UHGV virus genome: UHGV-2025275
Length of the DNA stretch: 64,000 bases
Source: a virus
Strand: one strand, 5' to 3'
Position 1 is the first letter of the stretch, and each line of letters begins with the position of its first letter. The notes under the pieces were generated by a model. The model was not told the DNA's origin and ran no database searches. It was given only the letters and a program-made list of their open reading frames with translations. Both the position numbers and the translations under genes were made by a program. Below are positions 17,551 to 27,707 of this stretch, in pieces.

Positions 17551-18279
17551 TCATGATTCGGTGGCGTGTGGGTTTTGCCGCTGCAGTGTCTTGACCTGTT
17601 CTTCAAGCTCACGCACATACTCAACGAGAGATCCGCCTGGCGGTATTTGGCACTCTTCCATGAGTTGATAGTAAACGTCGGCTGCCGCGCGAATGTTTGA
17701 GCCTTTGGTTAACTGATCACTGAGCAGTTCGTCACGCTCTTTCATAAGCCGCACGCATTCCCCATTGCGTTGGTCGACTACAGCCTCAAGCTCTGCGATG
17801 CGCTCGCCTGGCGTTTTGCCATCCTTACGTTGAGTCGTAACCGTGAAACATCCAAGTTCAGGAACGTCGTAGTTCAATTCCAGATAGTTTTTTGCACCGT
17901 GTCGAACAAATTCGCCGGCGAACATGGTGGCGAACATGGCAGAGGCCAGCTCTCCGTTAAACAACGACTCCAGATCTACAGGAGTGCCAGCAGCAAGAGC
18001 GGCGCGCGCAGCCTCTATGACATGCATAAACTCATCATAATGTCTGGCGCGCTTCTCCAGCTCTGCCCACTGCTGACTGTTTCGACGCACCAGGTACTCA
18101 ATAAAAATCAGCGCTGATTCGTCGGCGTCGCCTTCAAATGAGACCTTACCCTTATCGACAATAATCGTGCCCACAGCGGTTGGGTTGTTGCCCTGAAGGC
18201 AAAATCTGAAAGGAGTCCCCGTGTTCATCGGTGATACAGCCTGTATATCCATAGAAGTGGCTTTATTCCTGCTTTCCAT
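17551..18279 (-). CDS. hypothetical protein
   Basis: 242 aa, no recognisable motif. Confidence 0.45.
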   Translation of the reverse strand: MESRNKATSMDIQAVSPMNTGTPFRFCLQGNNPTAVGTIIVDKGKVSFEGDADESALIFIEYLVRRNSQQWAELEKRARHYDEFMHVIEAARAALAAGTPVDLESLFNGELASAMFATMFAGEFVRHGAKNYLELNYDVPELGCFTVTTQRKDGKTPGERIAELEAVVDQRNGECVRLMKERDELLSDQLTKGSNIRAAADVYYQLMEECQIPPGGSLVEYVRELEEQVKTLQRQNPHATES

Positions 18280-18340
18280 GTGTTTTTCCCTCTAAGTATC
18301 GCGTCATTATTCTTACATAAAATAAGTATGTGGTTACCTA

Positions 18341-20028
18341 TTATTTTATGCGTTTGAAGACATACACACTGACAGTTATCCCCGTGTCATCAAACTCGCC
18401 TGTGAACGACTTACCTTTGGCGTAGACGAAATTCTCCAGCATCATCCAGTTCAGGGTTGGTGAGTCCCCCGGCAAAACAGCAACAAGGCGCCCGCCGACT
18501 TTAAGATGCTCCAGCGCGGCCAGCGTATGCTCTCTGTGACGGCCAAGAGAGTAGGGCGGGTTCATGACGATTTTGTCGAACTGATAGCCTGCGTTGTCCT
18601 CAGACCACTTCATGAAGTCACAGCAGACCGTATTTGTGTACCCCTTGCCAAGCAGGATATCAGCGAAGAGAGGTGCGACTTCTATGCAGGTAACGTCTTC
18701 CGGATTGGCGTCGATGCAGGCCAACAGATCTCCGCGCCCGGCTTCAGGCTCCAGCAGCTTCTCACCTGGCTTCAGCTCGATGGCTCTGGCAACGTACTCC
18801 GCTATCAAACGTGGGGTAGGGTAGAACTGGTGTGATTTTGTATCCGGTATTAAGCCGGTGGCCACAATCGTATTGAGCGTATGGCCGATCTCATACGGGA
18901 ACTGCCAGTGCTTTTTCTCCTGCACGCCGCCAATGAAGTTCAGTGTGCGCTCAAGCTCTTCCACCTGTGACTTCTGTAGGTTGGAATCAGAGAAGTACCA
19001 GACGCCTTTGTCTTTGCTGAATCGCCCGTCGCGCAGCGCGGTACGAACCGGCTCGGAGATCGTCTTCTGGATTAACCCGAACTCTTTTGGTGCCCGTATT
19101 TTGGGTGCAGTACGGCATGGCGCCGGGATTGCTGCAGGCATACTGTAAGCCAGCACCTCATTCAGCTTCCAGGCCACGTCAGGATGTATTTCAAAGTGAA
19201 CGTTGCCGTTCTTGAACATCTTCACGCGCATCAGGTTTCCGTCGACATTCATCCAGTCACCGGTCTGGCAGTCGTTTGCCCGGTACGCAGCTGATAGCAT
19301 CTCAGTTGTGCGGTTGATGGTGATGAACTCTTTGTGTGCGAAGAAATGAAGCATGACGCGCAGGTCGTCGATGTAGTCCTCTTTCCGGTAGTTCACGCTG
19401 ACGCTGTCCCGCCAGAACTCTGAAATGCAGCTGGCGATGATCAGCCGCTCGCTAAAGCCGTTCGTTTTATTGGTCTTGTGCGCAGGGCTTAGCGCCTTAA
19501 ACAAACCGTACACGCGCTCAGAGAGATATTTATGCCTGTCATTCAGCAGATTGACCATCGTGGGGATGACCGTCTCTGCTTTGAACTCAGGTACGCCAAC
19601 GAACTCCTTAACCTTCATCTGGTAGCCGGTTCTGTCAGTCTTGATGGTTTCCTGCTTGCCTTCTATGAACTGTTCGCGCCACTCATCTCGGCGGGAAGCT
19701 GGCATGATCAGCAGAACGTTTGTCATATCTGTGACCTTCTTCCAGTATTCGGCCCAGATATTCTGCTTCACCCACTCAAGATCGACCTTATCCAGCCAGG
19801 CTCTGTTGAAGCGTGTGCGTTCGTCATCCGGCCGGTGGTTGAGTCGAAGCAGGCGGTTAATCATGTTGTGACGCTCATCGCCATAAACGAAGTCGTGAAC
19901 CTGATGCATGAATGCGATCTCTTTCTCGCACTCGGCCACAATTTCGTGGATGACGTTCATTTCCTGCCGGTAGTCGATATCAGTGTTTGGGGTGATAGCG
20001 TCAATGATGGAAAGGGCTGTATTCATGA
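18341..20028 (-). CDS. DNA N6-adenine (or N4-cytosine) methyltransferase with ~380-aa N-terminal domain of unknown function
   Basis: C-terminal motif I LEPEAGRGDLLA and motif IV IVMNPPYS. Start probably ATG 20028 (ORF track 20044). Class-1 motif at 20037-20074. Confidence 0.6.
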
Positions 20029-20124
20029 TTGCACCATTAAACAAATTGTTTTCTTGTTGGTGTTATTTTCCCAAAGTTGAAAAGGCGTAAAAGCAGCATT
20101 CACAGGCGTTGCAGCTGATTTAAG

Positions 20125-20152
20125 GCGTAAAAAAGGGGGCTTTCGCCCCCTG
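20125..20152 (-). terminator. rho-independent terminator (minus strand)
   Basis: GGGGGCgaaaGCCCCC + TTTTTTT on the minus strand, just after the end of 20168..20740. Confidence 0.55.
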
Positions 20153-20167
20153 TCGGCAGGTGAGAAA

Positions 20168-20740
20168 TTAGTGGTGTACGTGCTGCGTTTTGTGCGGCTG
20201 TTTGTTCAGGTCGTGGCGATGGGTCAGCTCGCGCATCATGTCTTCAAGACGGCTCTTGGTGTCGTCAAGCTGGTCGGCCATTGCCCCCAGCAGCTGGCGA
20301 ACGGCCATCGGATCGTCGCTGTTCAGATCAGGCATTTTGAACCCAGCCTGGGAAGACATCAGTTTGAAGGCGGCCAGCAACATCGCCAGAGAAGACTTCA
20401 GTCCGGCGATTTCGCGATCTTTGCTGGCGTTGGTTTCATCTGCCTTGACTGAATCCGGTGAGCACTTCGGCTTGCTTACCATTTCCAGAGTTGCCTGAAG
20501 TTTGTCGGCGCGTTCTTTCTCTTCCAGATACGCTTCGCCGAAATGACGCGCCAGCATCACAATTTCAATCGGATCATCAATCATGCTTGAGAACTTGAGA
20601 ACGCTGAAAAGGCGGTCGATAGGGGAGGCGTCGTCTTCGTGACCAACCACAAGACCCATGATCTCAACCAGTTCGGCCGCACCAACTTTTTTAATCACGC
20701 TTTCAACTTTGGCATTAGTTTTTTTGCATTTTTCGCACAT
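20168..20740 (-). CDS. hypothetical coiled-coil protein
   Basis: Start at ATG 20740 (MCEKCKK) with RBS AAGGAAAAA. Class-1 motif at 20758-20795. Confidence 0.45.
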   Translation of the reverse strand: MCEKCKKTNAKVESVIKKVGAAELVEIMGLVVGHEDDASPIDRLFSVLKFSSMIDDPIEIVMLARHFGEAYLEEKERADKLQATLEMVSKPKCSPDSVKADETNASKDREIAGLKSSLAMLLAAFKLMSSQAGFKMPDLNSDDPMAVRQLLGAMADQLDDTKSRLEDMMRELTHRHDLNKQPHKTQHVHH

Positions 20741-20848
20741 GTGTTTTTTCCTTATGTTTTTAAACAAGTTGTTTTCTCGATGGCGTTATTGTGGCGTGAC
20801 TGAAAAGGTGGGCAAACGCTACGTAAAGGCGGACGCCCACACTGACGG

Positions 20849-21691
20849 TTAATGAAGACGTTTGGATTCCTCCATTTCACGTTCGACATGCTCACGACAC
20901 GGCTCATACTCAATGGCGCTGGCGGTAATTTTCCCGGCAGCAATTAGCTTCACGGCAGCAAAGCAAAGTCCTTTAAAGGTGAACTTGGCCTGGTTGCGTC
21001 CGTTTCCGATGACAACGTTTTTGCCATATCCGCGGTCAATGAAGATCTTGAGGAACTGGCGGTTAACAGTGGTGTATTTGCGCTTAACGTACACATCACC
21101 CAGCGAGTCCATCAGCGCACCCAGAACAGCCCCGGACGTTCCGAGAATGCGACCAGCTTCATTCAGCCCATAAAGCTCATCAGCAGTGCCGCAAATGGTG
21201 TCCATGAGAATGGCTTTTGGCCTTGCCACCGACAGCTTGCGCTCAAGATCAGCACGCTGTTCTTCAAGATCGGCTGCCAGTCGAAGTGCTTCTGAAAAGG
21301 TTTCCGGGATGCTGGGGTAGGCACCGTAAAGCGCCCCGCTTGAAACACTCATTTCCAGCTCATGCCAGCGCTCAATGACAGCAGCGCGGTACTTCAACGA
21401 GTAGCCGGTAATGAGAACATCGGTATGCTTTCGGTCGAGCATGTACTCGCCTTCCATTCCCCGGTAATCGATGTTGACAACAATGCCTTCAACAATTGTA
21501 AGCAACTGATTTTTCTCATAACGCAATTTTGCGTTATGGTAATCGTCGGCATACAGCTCATTCAGCACGCTACGGATGTCGCGAAGAATGTCGCTGTGTC
21601 GTTTACCGGTCAGCTTTGAGATTTCTTTTGAGGACATCAATGGTCTGTCCGGGAGCACACCGGGAATCGATAAAGTAGTCATCTCAAACAT
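20849..21691 (-). CDS. phage antirepressor-like regulator (Rha N-terminal domain + KilA-C-like C-terminal domain)
   Basis: N-terminal LMSSKEISKLTGKRHSDILRDIR is typical of phage pRha. The C-terminal half resembles KilAC/Ant domains. Class-1 motif at 21760-21785. Confidence 0.55.
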   Translation of the reverse strand: MFEMTTLSIPGVLPDRPLMSSKEISKLTGKRHSDILRDIRSVLNELYADDYHNAKLRYEKNQLLTIVEGIVVNIDYRGMEGEYMLDRKHTDVLITGYSLKYRAAVIERWHELEMSVSSGALYGAYPSIPETFSEALRLAADLEEQRADLERKLSVARPKAILMDTICGTADELYGLNEAGRILGTSGAVLGALMDSLGDVYVKRKYTTVNRQFLKIFIDRGYGKNVVIGNGRNQAKFTFKGLCFAAVKLIAAGKITASAIEYEPCREHVEREMEESKRLH

Positions 21692-21799
21692 ACATTCTCC
21701 ATTCAGTGTAAAAAGGGCCGTCAGTGGCCCTTGTTGTTAACTCTCATTGGTTAATTGGCTAAACAATTTGTTTTAACAGTGCCGAAAATGGATTCGGCA

Positions 21800-21988
21800 T
21801 CAAAAGAACCCGAGAATGCTGCCCACCGGAACAACGAAAATTCCCACGACACGCGCAAGTGTCATTCCGGCATCAAACTGAAGATCACCACCGTTCACGA
21901 GTTTCACTAGATTCATGATCCAGCCACCAAGTAGAAAAATGGCGAGGCCAACAATCATCGCGGTGACTTTCCGGAAGGTCCATTTCAT
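21800..21988 (-). CDS. small two-TM membrane protein (holin-like, hypothetical)
   Basis: 62 aa with two hydrophobic helices (MIVGLAIFLLGGWIMNLV; VVGIFVVPVGSILGFF). Confidence 0.4.
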   Translation of the reverse strand: MKWTFRKVTAMIVGLAIFLLGGWIMNLVKLVNGGDLQFDAGMTLARVVGIFVVPVGSILGFF

Positions 21989-22293
21989 GCAATAGCCTCA
22001 GTCACAGCAGAAGGAAGATCCGGAGTTGCAGGTCGAGTTGGAATCGTGTCCAACAGCATCCCATCCAGAGAGACAGGAGGTCGTTCTGGCAGGGGTGTCG
22101 TCTGCAAGGTTGTGGTGGAAGTAGTTGTGTCCGGTATCAACAGACTCTGACCGGCTGGTACGGCTACCGCTGCCAGGGTTGCTAAAATTACTCCGTAGGC
22201 CATTGGCTTCAGTCGATTTCGTTGAAAATTTTCCATGAGAACTGTCCTTGTGCGTCTGGGATTCACGCAACACACGAGAGGCGACGGAATCAC
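21985..22293 (-). CDS. embedded ORF: signal-anchor + Thr/Pro-rich protein, entirely within another reading frame
   Basis: MAYGVILATLAAVAVPAG hydrophobic segment then TTTSTTTLQTTPLPERPP...TRPATPDLP. Lies fully inside ORF 21998..22492 in a different frame. Confidence 0.3.
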   Translation of the reverse strand: MIPSPLVCCVNPRRTRTVLMENFQRNRLKPMAYGVILATLAAVAVPAGQSLLIPDTTTSTTTLQTTPLPERPPVSLDGMLLDTIPTRPATPDLPSAVTEAIA

Positions 22294-22492
22294 GCACCTT
22301 CTCCATGCCTACTGTCGCACCCAGATTTGCTATGGCGGTAGCTTGCGCATCAATGCGCTTCTCCAGCTCAAACACTCGTTCTTCCAGTTCCGCAAGGCGT
22401 GCAGAAACACGACCGCTAAACAGCTCGGTCAGAACCAGGCGAATTGAACGGGGACGTTTATTGAAAGAAGTGAAAGGCGTTTGACGTGCCAT
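21998..22492 (-). CDS. coiled-coil protein (N-terminal ~85 aa convincing; C-terminal part low-complexity and overlapped by the embedded ORF)
   Basis: LAELEERVFELEKRIDAQATAIANLGATV heptad-like region. Downstream tail looks like out-of-frame read-through. Confidence 0.35.
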   Translation of the reverse strand: MARQTPFTSFNKRPRSIRLVLTELFSGRVSARLAELEERVFELEKRIDAQATAIANLGATVGMEKVRDSVASRVLRESQTHKDSSHGKFSTKSTEANGLRSNFSNPGSGSRTSRSESVDTGHNYFHHNLADDTPARTTSCLSGWDAVGHDSNSTCNSGSSFCCD

Positions 22493-22621
22493 TTGGATTC
22501 CATTCAGTGTCAGAAAGAGTTGCGGCTGGCCAAGCCAGCCGCCTTTTGGCGTTCCATCCTGGAACAGTACCTAACCGGTACTTCGTCATCCTGACGAACG
22601 GTAAGATACCTGATTTAAAAT

Positions 22622-22643
22622 GATAGGTAAATACTTACCTATC
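22622..22643. repeat. class-2 palindromic motif GATAGGTAAATACTTACCTATC
   Basis: Near-perfect 22-bp palindrome followed by TTTTG. Member of a family of at least 16 copies (consensus TAGGTAAGTACTTACCTA). Confidence 0.6.
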
Positions 22644-22900
22644 ATTTTGTGACAAAAATCCAATATCACGCTTGTGAGGCATATCAGCTGCGGAGTAGAC
22701 GGCGATCTTCGACAGGCGGTCACACATTAAGTCGGCTTTGAGCGAGGAGCGGACGTTGACTTAGCCGGATCGCTTAGGGCTTTTAATATTACTGGCGCGG
22801 ATTTCTGGGATACTTTCAAGCTCTTTCCTCAACTAAAACGGAAAATTTCGGCGGACTTTCTACTAGATAGTCCGCCATTATAGTTGCTTTTATATAGTTA

Positions 22901-24583
22901 TTAATCAACCTTCCAAACGTTGACAGCTTGCTTTGACATCCATTTCTGAAAATCATTGACAGTTTCTAAATTCCACTCTGCATATTCAGTGACTTTTGAA
23001 GCCAGAAAATATCCAGATTTTGTATATTCTTTTTTCTTATCTTCAAATGATGAGCGCTTTAAGTTATCTTTATCCATTAAAATCATGTTTCCAAGCCTAT
23101 CTTTTACATCATTAATTCCTTCACCAAAAGAATCGCACCATTCTTTTTCGGGGTGATAAGGACAAATATGTTCTAATGTGGTTTTTTCATAATCACATTG
23201 ATTACCTAAATGCCCCTCAATCTCAGAAAGTAAAAACCGTATTTTTTTTGCCGTTTGCCTACTTGGCATCCTATGAAACTCAAAAGCATTAAAGAATGAA
23301 TTATCATCAGGATACAAGCGTTTAAATTCTTCACTATTTTTTACATGACTAGCTCTTAAAAACTCTCGATTATAAACTTTGTTAGCAATTTGATTGTAAA
23401 TATTCTCTTGCTCGCTGGGCGATAAGTGGCAAATAACGTTATAACGAATAGATAATACGTATAAATATCTTACGAGTTTAACAAACTCTTCAGGAGAAAA
23501 GTTACCGAAGGCAGCAAGGAATATCGTAAGTGGTTGCTTGATATTGAATAACCTTATTCCATTAAGATAATGCAAAACATTTCTGTATTTCTCATCTTGA
23601 TCTCCCCACCATGCATCATTAGGGTTAATCAATGATGCATAGATAGGTGAGTAGTCAATTAATGATTTTAAATACTGATACGCTTCTTCCGGTTTCGTTA
23701 ATATCTTTCTCATAGAGGAAAACAGGTTGTTCTTAGTGACCATTTTTCTCTGCGAGTTATAGTGATATCTAATGTAATCAGAAACATTGCTTTCGCCAAG
23801 TTGGACGATCATTTCTGACCATTGCTCGTCCAAATCATTGAGTTCATCTTCTCCGATTTGATCATCTTTTGTCACAATTGAGAATAAATAGTTCTTAAGT
23901 AGATCTGGGGTGGAAAGTTGAACACCTCTCGCATTCAAAGTTTCAAAAACTTTATAAGCATTAAGATCATCTTGCACTATTATCTTTGTGAAAACCATGC
24001 TCGAAGAAAAATCTGCAATGAACTGAGCAATATCAGCACCTGTTCTACCAAAATCTTTCTTAGTAAAAAAATCAAAACATTTTCTTATCAATTTATTAGT
24101 CGATGTTATACCTCGAGGATTTTGAGTCTCTAAATGCGATGACATTCTTTGAAAATAACTTTTATTGTTTCTATTTAGTTCTAATTTATTAATCACTTTG
24201 AGCGTAACGAAGTTCTTACTTCCTACAAAGTTTTGAGTTATACCATTGAGTCGCTCAGTGTTTCCCTCTACATCCTCTCCATTATCAATTAAGGTTTTGA
24301 TAGCTTTCATTGCAGCCAGAACTATAATCGATAACGTAACTAAACGTTGTTGCCCATCGATAATTTCATGTTGATACTGTTCTTTTTGCTGAAGGACAAT
24401 GTAGCCCATATAATGGAACCCTTCATCATCAAGTGCATTTATATCCCCCCACAAGTCCTCCCATTGCCCCACATCCCATGCGTAGTCTCGCTGGAACCTG
24501 GGTACAATATATTTGTTTGGACCACCAATTAATTCATTAAAATTCTCATTTTTTGGTTCCATCAACATAAATTGCTTTGCCAT
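22901..24583 (-). CDS. GmrSD/BrxU-like type IV (modification-dependent) restriction endonuclease, DUF262 + DUF1524
   Basis: N-terminal KYIVPRFQRDYAW and IIDGQQRLVTL (DUF262 hallmark DGQQR). C-terminal TTLEHICPYHP...LGNMILM (DUF1524 His-Me finger). Gene and flanks are distinctly AT-rich. Confidence 0.75.
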   Translation of the reverse strand: MAKQFMLMEPKNENFNELIGGPNKYIVPRFQRDYAWDVGQWEDLWGDINALDDEGFHYMGYIVLQQKEQYQHEIIDGQQRLVTLSIIVLAAMKAIKTLIDNGEDVEGNTERLNGITQNFVGSKNFVTLKVINKLELNRNNKSYFQRMSSHLETQNPRGITSTNKLIRKCFDFFTKKDFGRTGADIAQFIADFSSSMVFTKIIVQDDLNAYKVFETLNARGVQLSTPDLLKNYLFSIVTKDDQIGEDELNDLDEQWSEMIVQLGESNVSDYIRYHYNSQRKMVTKNNLFSSMRKILTKPEEAYQYLKSLIDYSPIYASLINPNDAWWGDQDEKYRNVLHYLNGIRLFNIKQPLTIFLAAFGNFSPEEFVKLVRYLYVLSIRYNVICHLSPSEQENIYNQIANKVYNREFLRASHVKNSEEFKRLYPDDNSFFNAFEFHRMPSRQTAKKIRFLLSEIEGHLGNQCDYEKTTLEHICPYHPEKEWCDSFGEGINDVKDRLGNMILMDKDNLKRSSFEDKKKEYTKSGYFLASKVTEYAEWNLETVNDFQKWMSKQAVNVWKVD

Positions 24584-25523
24584 TTAATCAATTCCCGTTA
24601 TTTTAAAATGACGTCATCATAAGGCTGCTAATTATTAACAAGGAAATATGACGAAAGTTTGCATAATTTTGATGTACTATGAACAATTCAAGCATTAAAA
24701 GGGACTCTTGACGCTCGACTTCATAAAAGATAATCATCTAGGCAGCCTTGAGCAAGCTATAGAGTTGTTAAAAGTCATCCTATATATCTAAACCACTGTC
24801 TGGAGCAACTGTAACTTAGAGCGCGAACACTCAAGAATCCCCGCTGGTAGTGGCAACTTTTGACAATTCGCTCCCATCGCCGGTTGACTGGCCTGTCCTC
24901 AGTTGATTAACACATTTTGAGGTCAGCTATGTCCGCTTATGGCACATTGAAGACATTGCGATGGGCGATTTTTTTCTCTCGCGCGCGTGCGTGTAAATAT
25001 TAAAAATGTTTAGAAAATAAAAACTTACTTCCCAGAACAGGTTTTAATAAAACCTGAACTGAACGAACGAAGTGAGTGAAGTTCACCTCGAACGAAGTGA
25101 GAGGTTGTCTTTTCAGGTAATACTCTCCCAGGGAGGTGAGTACAAAATCTCCTCACCAACCTGGTCGTTACATAACCTGAAAAGTTATGACCTAAGTCTA
25201 CTGCCAGCTTAGGCTTGGGAAGTTATGGATGACAGCACCCCAGAACCGAGATCTTCCCACACTTTATGAAGGGGAGTACTGGATTCAACCTCTCGAAACA
25301 CTCCAGACTCGACAATCATAAAGTGACCCTTCTCTCCGCTCACTTTGGTTCCCCCTTCCCCAACCCCTAAGCGGTGCCGGTTCTACGCTGGTAGTGAGCT
25401 TTTTTAAACCTGACGCCAGTGACGCTATCCCCCACCCATCAGGTCGAGCTGCCGGAATCAATCCGGAAAGCGAGTGGATTTTATCACTGGCGATCTGCGT
25501 TTTAAATGGTAAGTACTTACCGA

Positions 25524-25754
25524 TTATTTCGATTGATTATTTTCTCGACCATGAAGCTGGACGTTCAGGGCAAACACCTCATTGATGAGTTCCCCTAACA
25601 GCTGCTCCACCAGCTCTTTGTGCTCGCCTGAATGAAGACATTTGAGCGACCATTCGTAGAGACTGAAAGCCTTATCGCGATCTTTCATCATGTCGCGCAC
25701 TTTGGCCAGAAAATCGCTCTCAACGAGCGCTACGACGTTCGTCGGGTATACCAT
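25524..25754 (-). CDS. hypothetical small protein
   Basis: 76 aa ORF in the low-GC island. Confidence 0.35.
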   Translation of the reverse strand: MVYPTNVVALVESDFLAKVRDMMKDRDKAFSLYEWSLKCLHSGEHKELVEQLLGELINEVFALNVQLHGRENNQSK

Positions 25755-25836
25755 GATAGTTTTCCTTACTGTGGTTCATAAAATCGATTCTAGAGCGTCT
25801 GAAGAGGGGTTCCAGTGGGTTCTGGAGGTGTAAAAC

Positions 25837-25953
25837 GGTCTGGGAGTTGTTTGGAAATCACGTCTTAAAAAGCCTGCGTCTGTATATATTAATAATTAGT
25901 ACTTAGTTATTTATATATATACGGAAGCAGGTTCTCAAACTAACTCCCAGACT
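25837..25953. repeat. ~115-bp complex imperfect palindrome (copy B, inverted relative to copy A at 2273-2372)
   Basis: GGTCTGGG...AAGCCTGCGTCTGTATATAT...ATATATACGGAAGCAGGTT...CCCAGAC. The arm variants are swapped relative to copy A. Abuts the stop of the Dam-like MTase gene. Confidence 0.7.
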
Positions 25954-25958
25954 GGTGT

Positions 25959-26576
25959 TTACGCTGCCTTTTTACGTGGTCTCTTCTTCCTGACAACATT
26001 GGCAGGATCATAACCACCCAGCTTTTTCATCACCGCCAGCGGTATCTTGCTGATGGTGTGCCCAGCTTCCTGACAGTAGCCACGGAAGATAAGCAACATG
26101 CTACCACCAGGGTTGATGTTCACCTCCACCAGCCCAAGTTCAACATCCGGCTCAACGAACGCCACGCGGCCGCCAGACAAGATGACGGTTTCGTTGGCGC
26201 ATTCAGCCGCACGCTCGTACCACTGCGTATCGAGGGATTGTGGTATCAACATGACTGTCGTCACTCCACGCGCCTGCTCGCGAATGGCTGCGTCTATCCA
26301 GGGGGTGATTTTGGAGTAGGGCGGGTTAAGGAACGCCACAGTGCCAGGTTCTCCCCAGCTGCACTTGAGCGCATCACGCTCAACACCGATAAAGTTCGGC
26401 AGGAGGGCATTATCTTTGTTGCAGGCGACGTCCACATCGAACTTTACGCCTATGTAACGTTGGATGGCGACAAACAACCACTGCGGTGTGCGCCAAAGGT
26501 CGCGAAGAGAGGCATCACGCTCTCGCTTTTTGATTTTTTCGGCTGCGATCATTACTTTGCTTTGATAGGTAAACAC
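25959..26576 (-). CDS. phage Dam-like DNA N6-adenine methyltransferase
   Basis: FLNPPYSKITPWIDAA (the DPPY/NPPY motif IV context of phage Dam_N6A MTases). ~200 aa. ORF-track start is GTG; the true start may be the internal ATG at 26552. Confidence 0.65.
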   Translation of the reverse strand: MFTYQSKVMIAAEKIKKRERDASLRDLWRTPQWLFVAIQRYIGVKFDVDVACNKDNALLPNFIGVERDALKCSWGEPGTVAFLNPPYSKITPWIDAAIREQARGVTTVMLIPQSLDTQWYERAAECANETVILSGGRVAFVEPDVELGLVEVNINPGGSMLLIFRGYCQEAGHTISKIPLAVMKKLGGYDPANVVRKKRPRKKAA

Positions 26577-26736
26577 TTACCTATTTTTTCATTTAATCCA
26601 ACGGATAGCAAACAAAGAAGAACGCGCCAGATCCGCAAACGGGAAGCTCTCTGGCGCGTTTATCGATGCTGGGTATGCGATTGGCTTACCCAGCGTCCTA
26701 AAGCTCTCAGGGGGCTTTAGATCGGGTAGGGGAACA

Positions 26737-27579
26737 TCATCCAATGGAATACTCCGCTATGAATTTTTTGACGATCGGCGACTCTTTATTAAGGGTTAGA
26801 TTTCCACCTTCCCTGGTGGCAATGCCAGTAGCTGGAAACACAGCCATCATCTGGCCAGCCTGAGTCGAAGCGGTGTTGAGCGGATATGGTTTTTCCGGGT
26901 TGCTCATTAGCGCCAGTTTAATGCTATTGCTGGTCGCCGTGTTCGCGTCAAGGATATGGCGCATTGCGATTACCGTGTAGACGCTGATTTCCGGCCCACC
27001 ACTAAACCAGTTCAAAAGGTTTAAGATCTTGTCTTTCGCTTTGACTGGCGCCCCTTCGAATGCGGCAGTAAAGCTCTCACTTTCCAGACCGGCTGTCGCA
27101 TAGAACGATTCGTCCTTACCTTCCAGCGTGAAGCGAGGTTTGGCCGGTGTACGCTCTGATTTTGCCTTCTGGCGTTTTGGCTGCTCTTCTTCAGGTTTAG
27201 GCTCTGACGCCACTGAAGGTAAAGGGGTTGGATCTGTACCGGTAGTCTCAGTACTTCGAGCGTCAAGTTCAGGCGCTGTCTCGTTCACTATCTCCGCAAC
27301 AAGGTCACGCTCTGGTTCCTCGACCTTCACCGATTCGTGCTCAATCTCAAGCTCTTCCAGAACGCTACTCAGATCGCCGGTAGAGCTGGCATTCATGACT
27401 TCATCCGCCACCGCCTCGACTGGTTTTGCGATTGCATCATCCAGACCAGAGAGAAGATTGTCGATCTCGTCGACACCGCTCATTTTCGCAGCTTTCTGCA
27501 CTGGTTCGTCGAGAGATTGCAACATTGCAGTCAGTTCGTCCAGGTCATCGTTTTTAACAGTGTTTGTAACTGCGCTCAT
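26737..27579 (-). CDS. hypothetical acidic protein
   Basis: Start at ATG 27579 (MSAVTNT) with RBS AAGGAG. Acidic, low-complexity middle. Confidence 0.45.
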   Translation of the reverse strand: MSAVTNTVKNDDLDELTAMLQSLDEPVQKAAKMSGVDEIDNLLSGLDDAIAKPVEAVADEVMNASSTGDLSSVLEELEIEHESVKVEEPERDLVAEIVNETAPELDARSTETTGTDPTPLPSVASEPKPEEEQPKRQKAKSERTPAKPRFTLEGKDESFYATAGLESESFTAAFEGAPVKAKDKILNLLNWFSGGPEISVYTVIAMRHILDANTATSNSIKLALMSNPEKPYPLNTASTQAGQMMAVFPATGIATREGGNLTLNKESPIVKKFIAEYSIG

Positions 27580-27707
27580 TTTTAACTCCTTATGTTTTCG
27601 TTGGTGCGTTTCCGCGTTTTGGTTGAGCGTATTCTGGCAAAACCTATCAGGCGGAAAAGTCATAATTACAGGCAGTTAGAAGAACTGAAGGCAAAGAAAA
27701 AGCGCCA

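Noticed and set aside
22522-22545. Hairpin GCGGCTGGccaaGCCAGCCGC + CTTTTGG as a plus-strand terminator.
   Set aside because: No plus-strand gene precedes it. It lies in the 5' leader of a minus-strand gene, so it is more likely an attenuator or a coincidental hairpin. Not listed as a feature.
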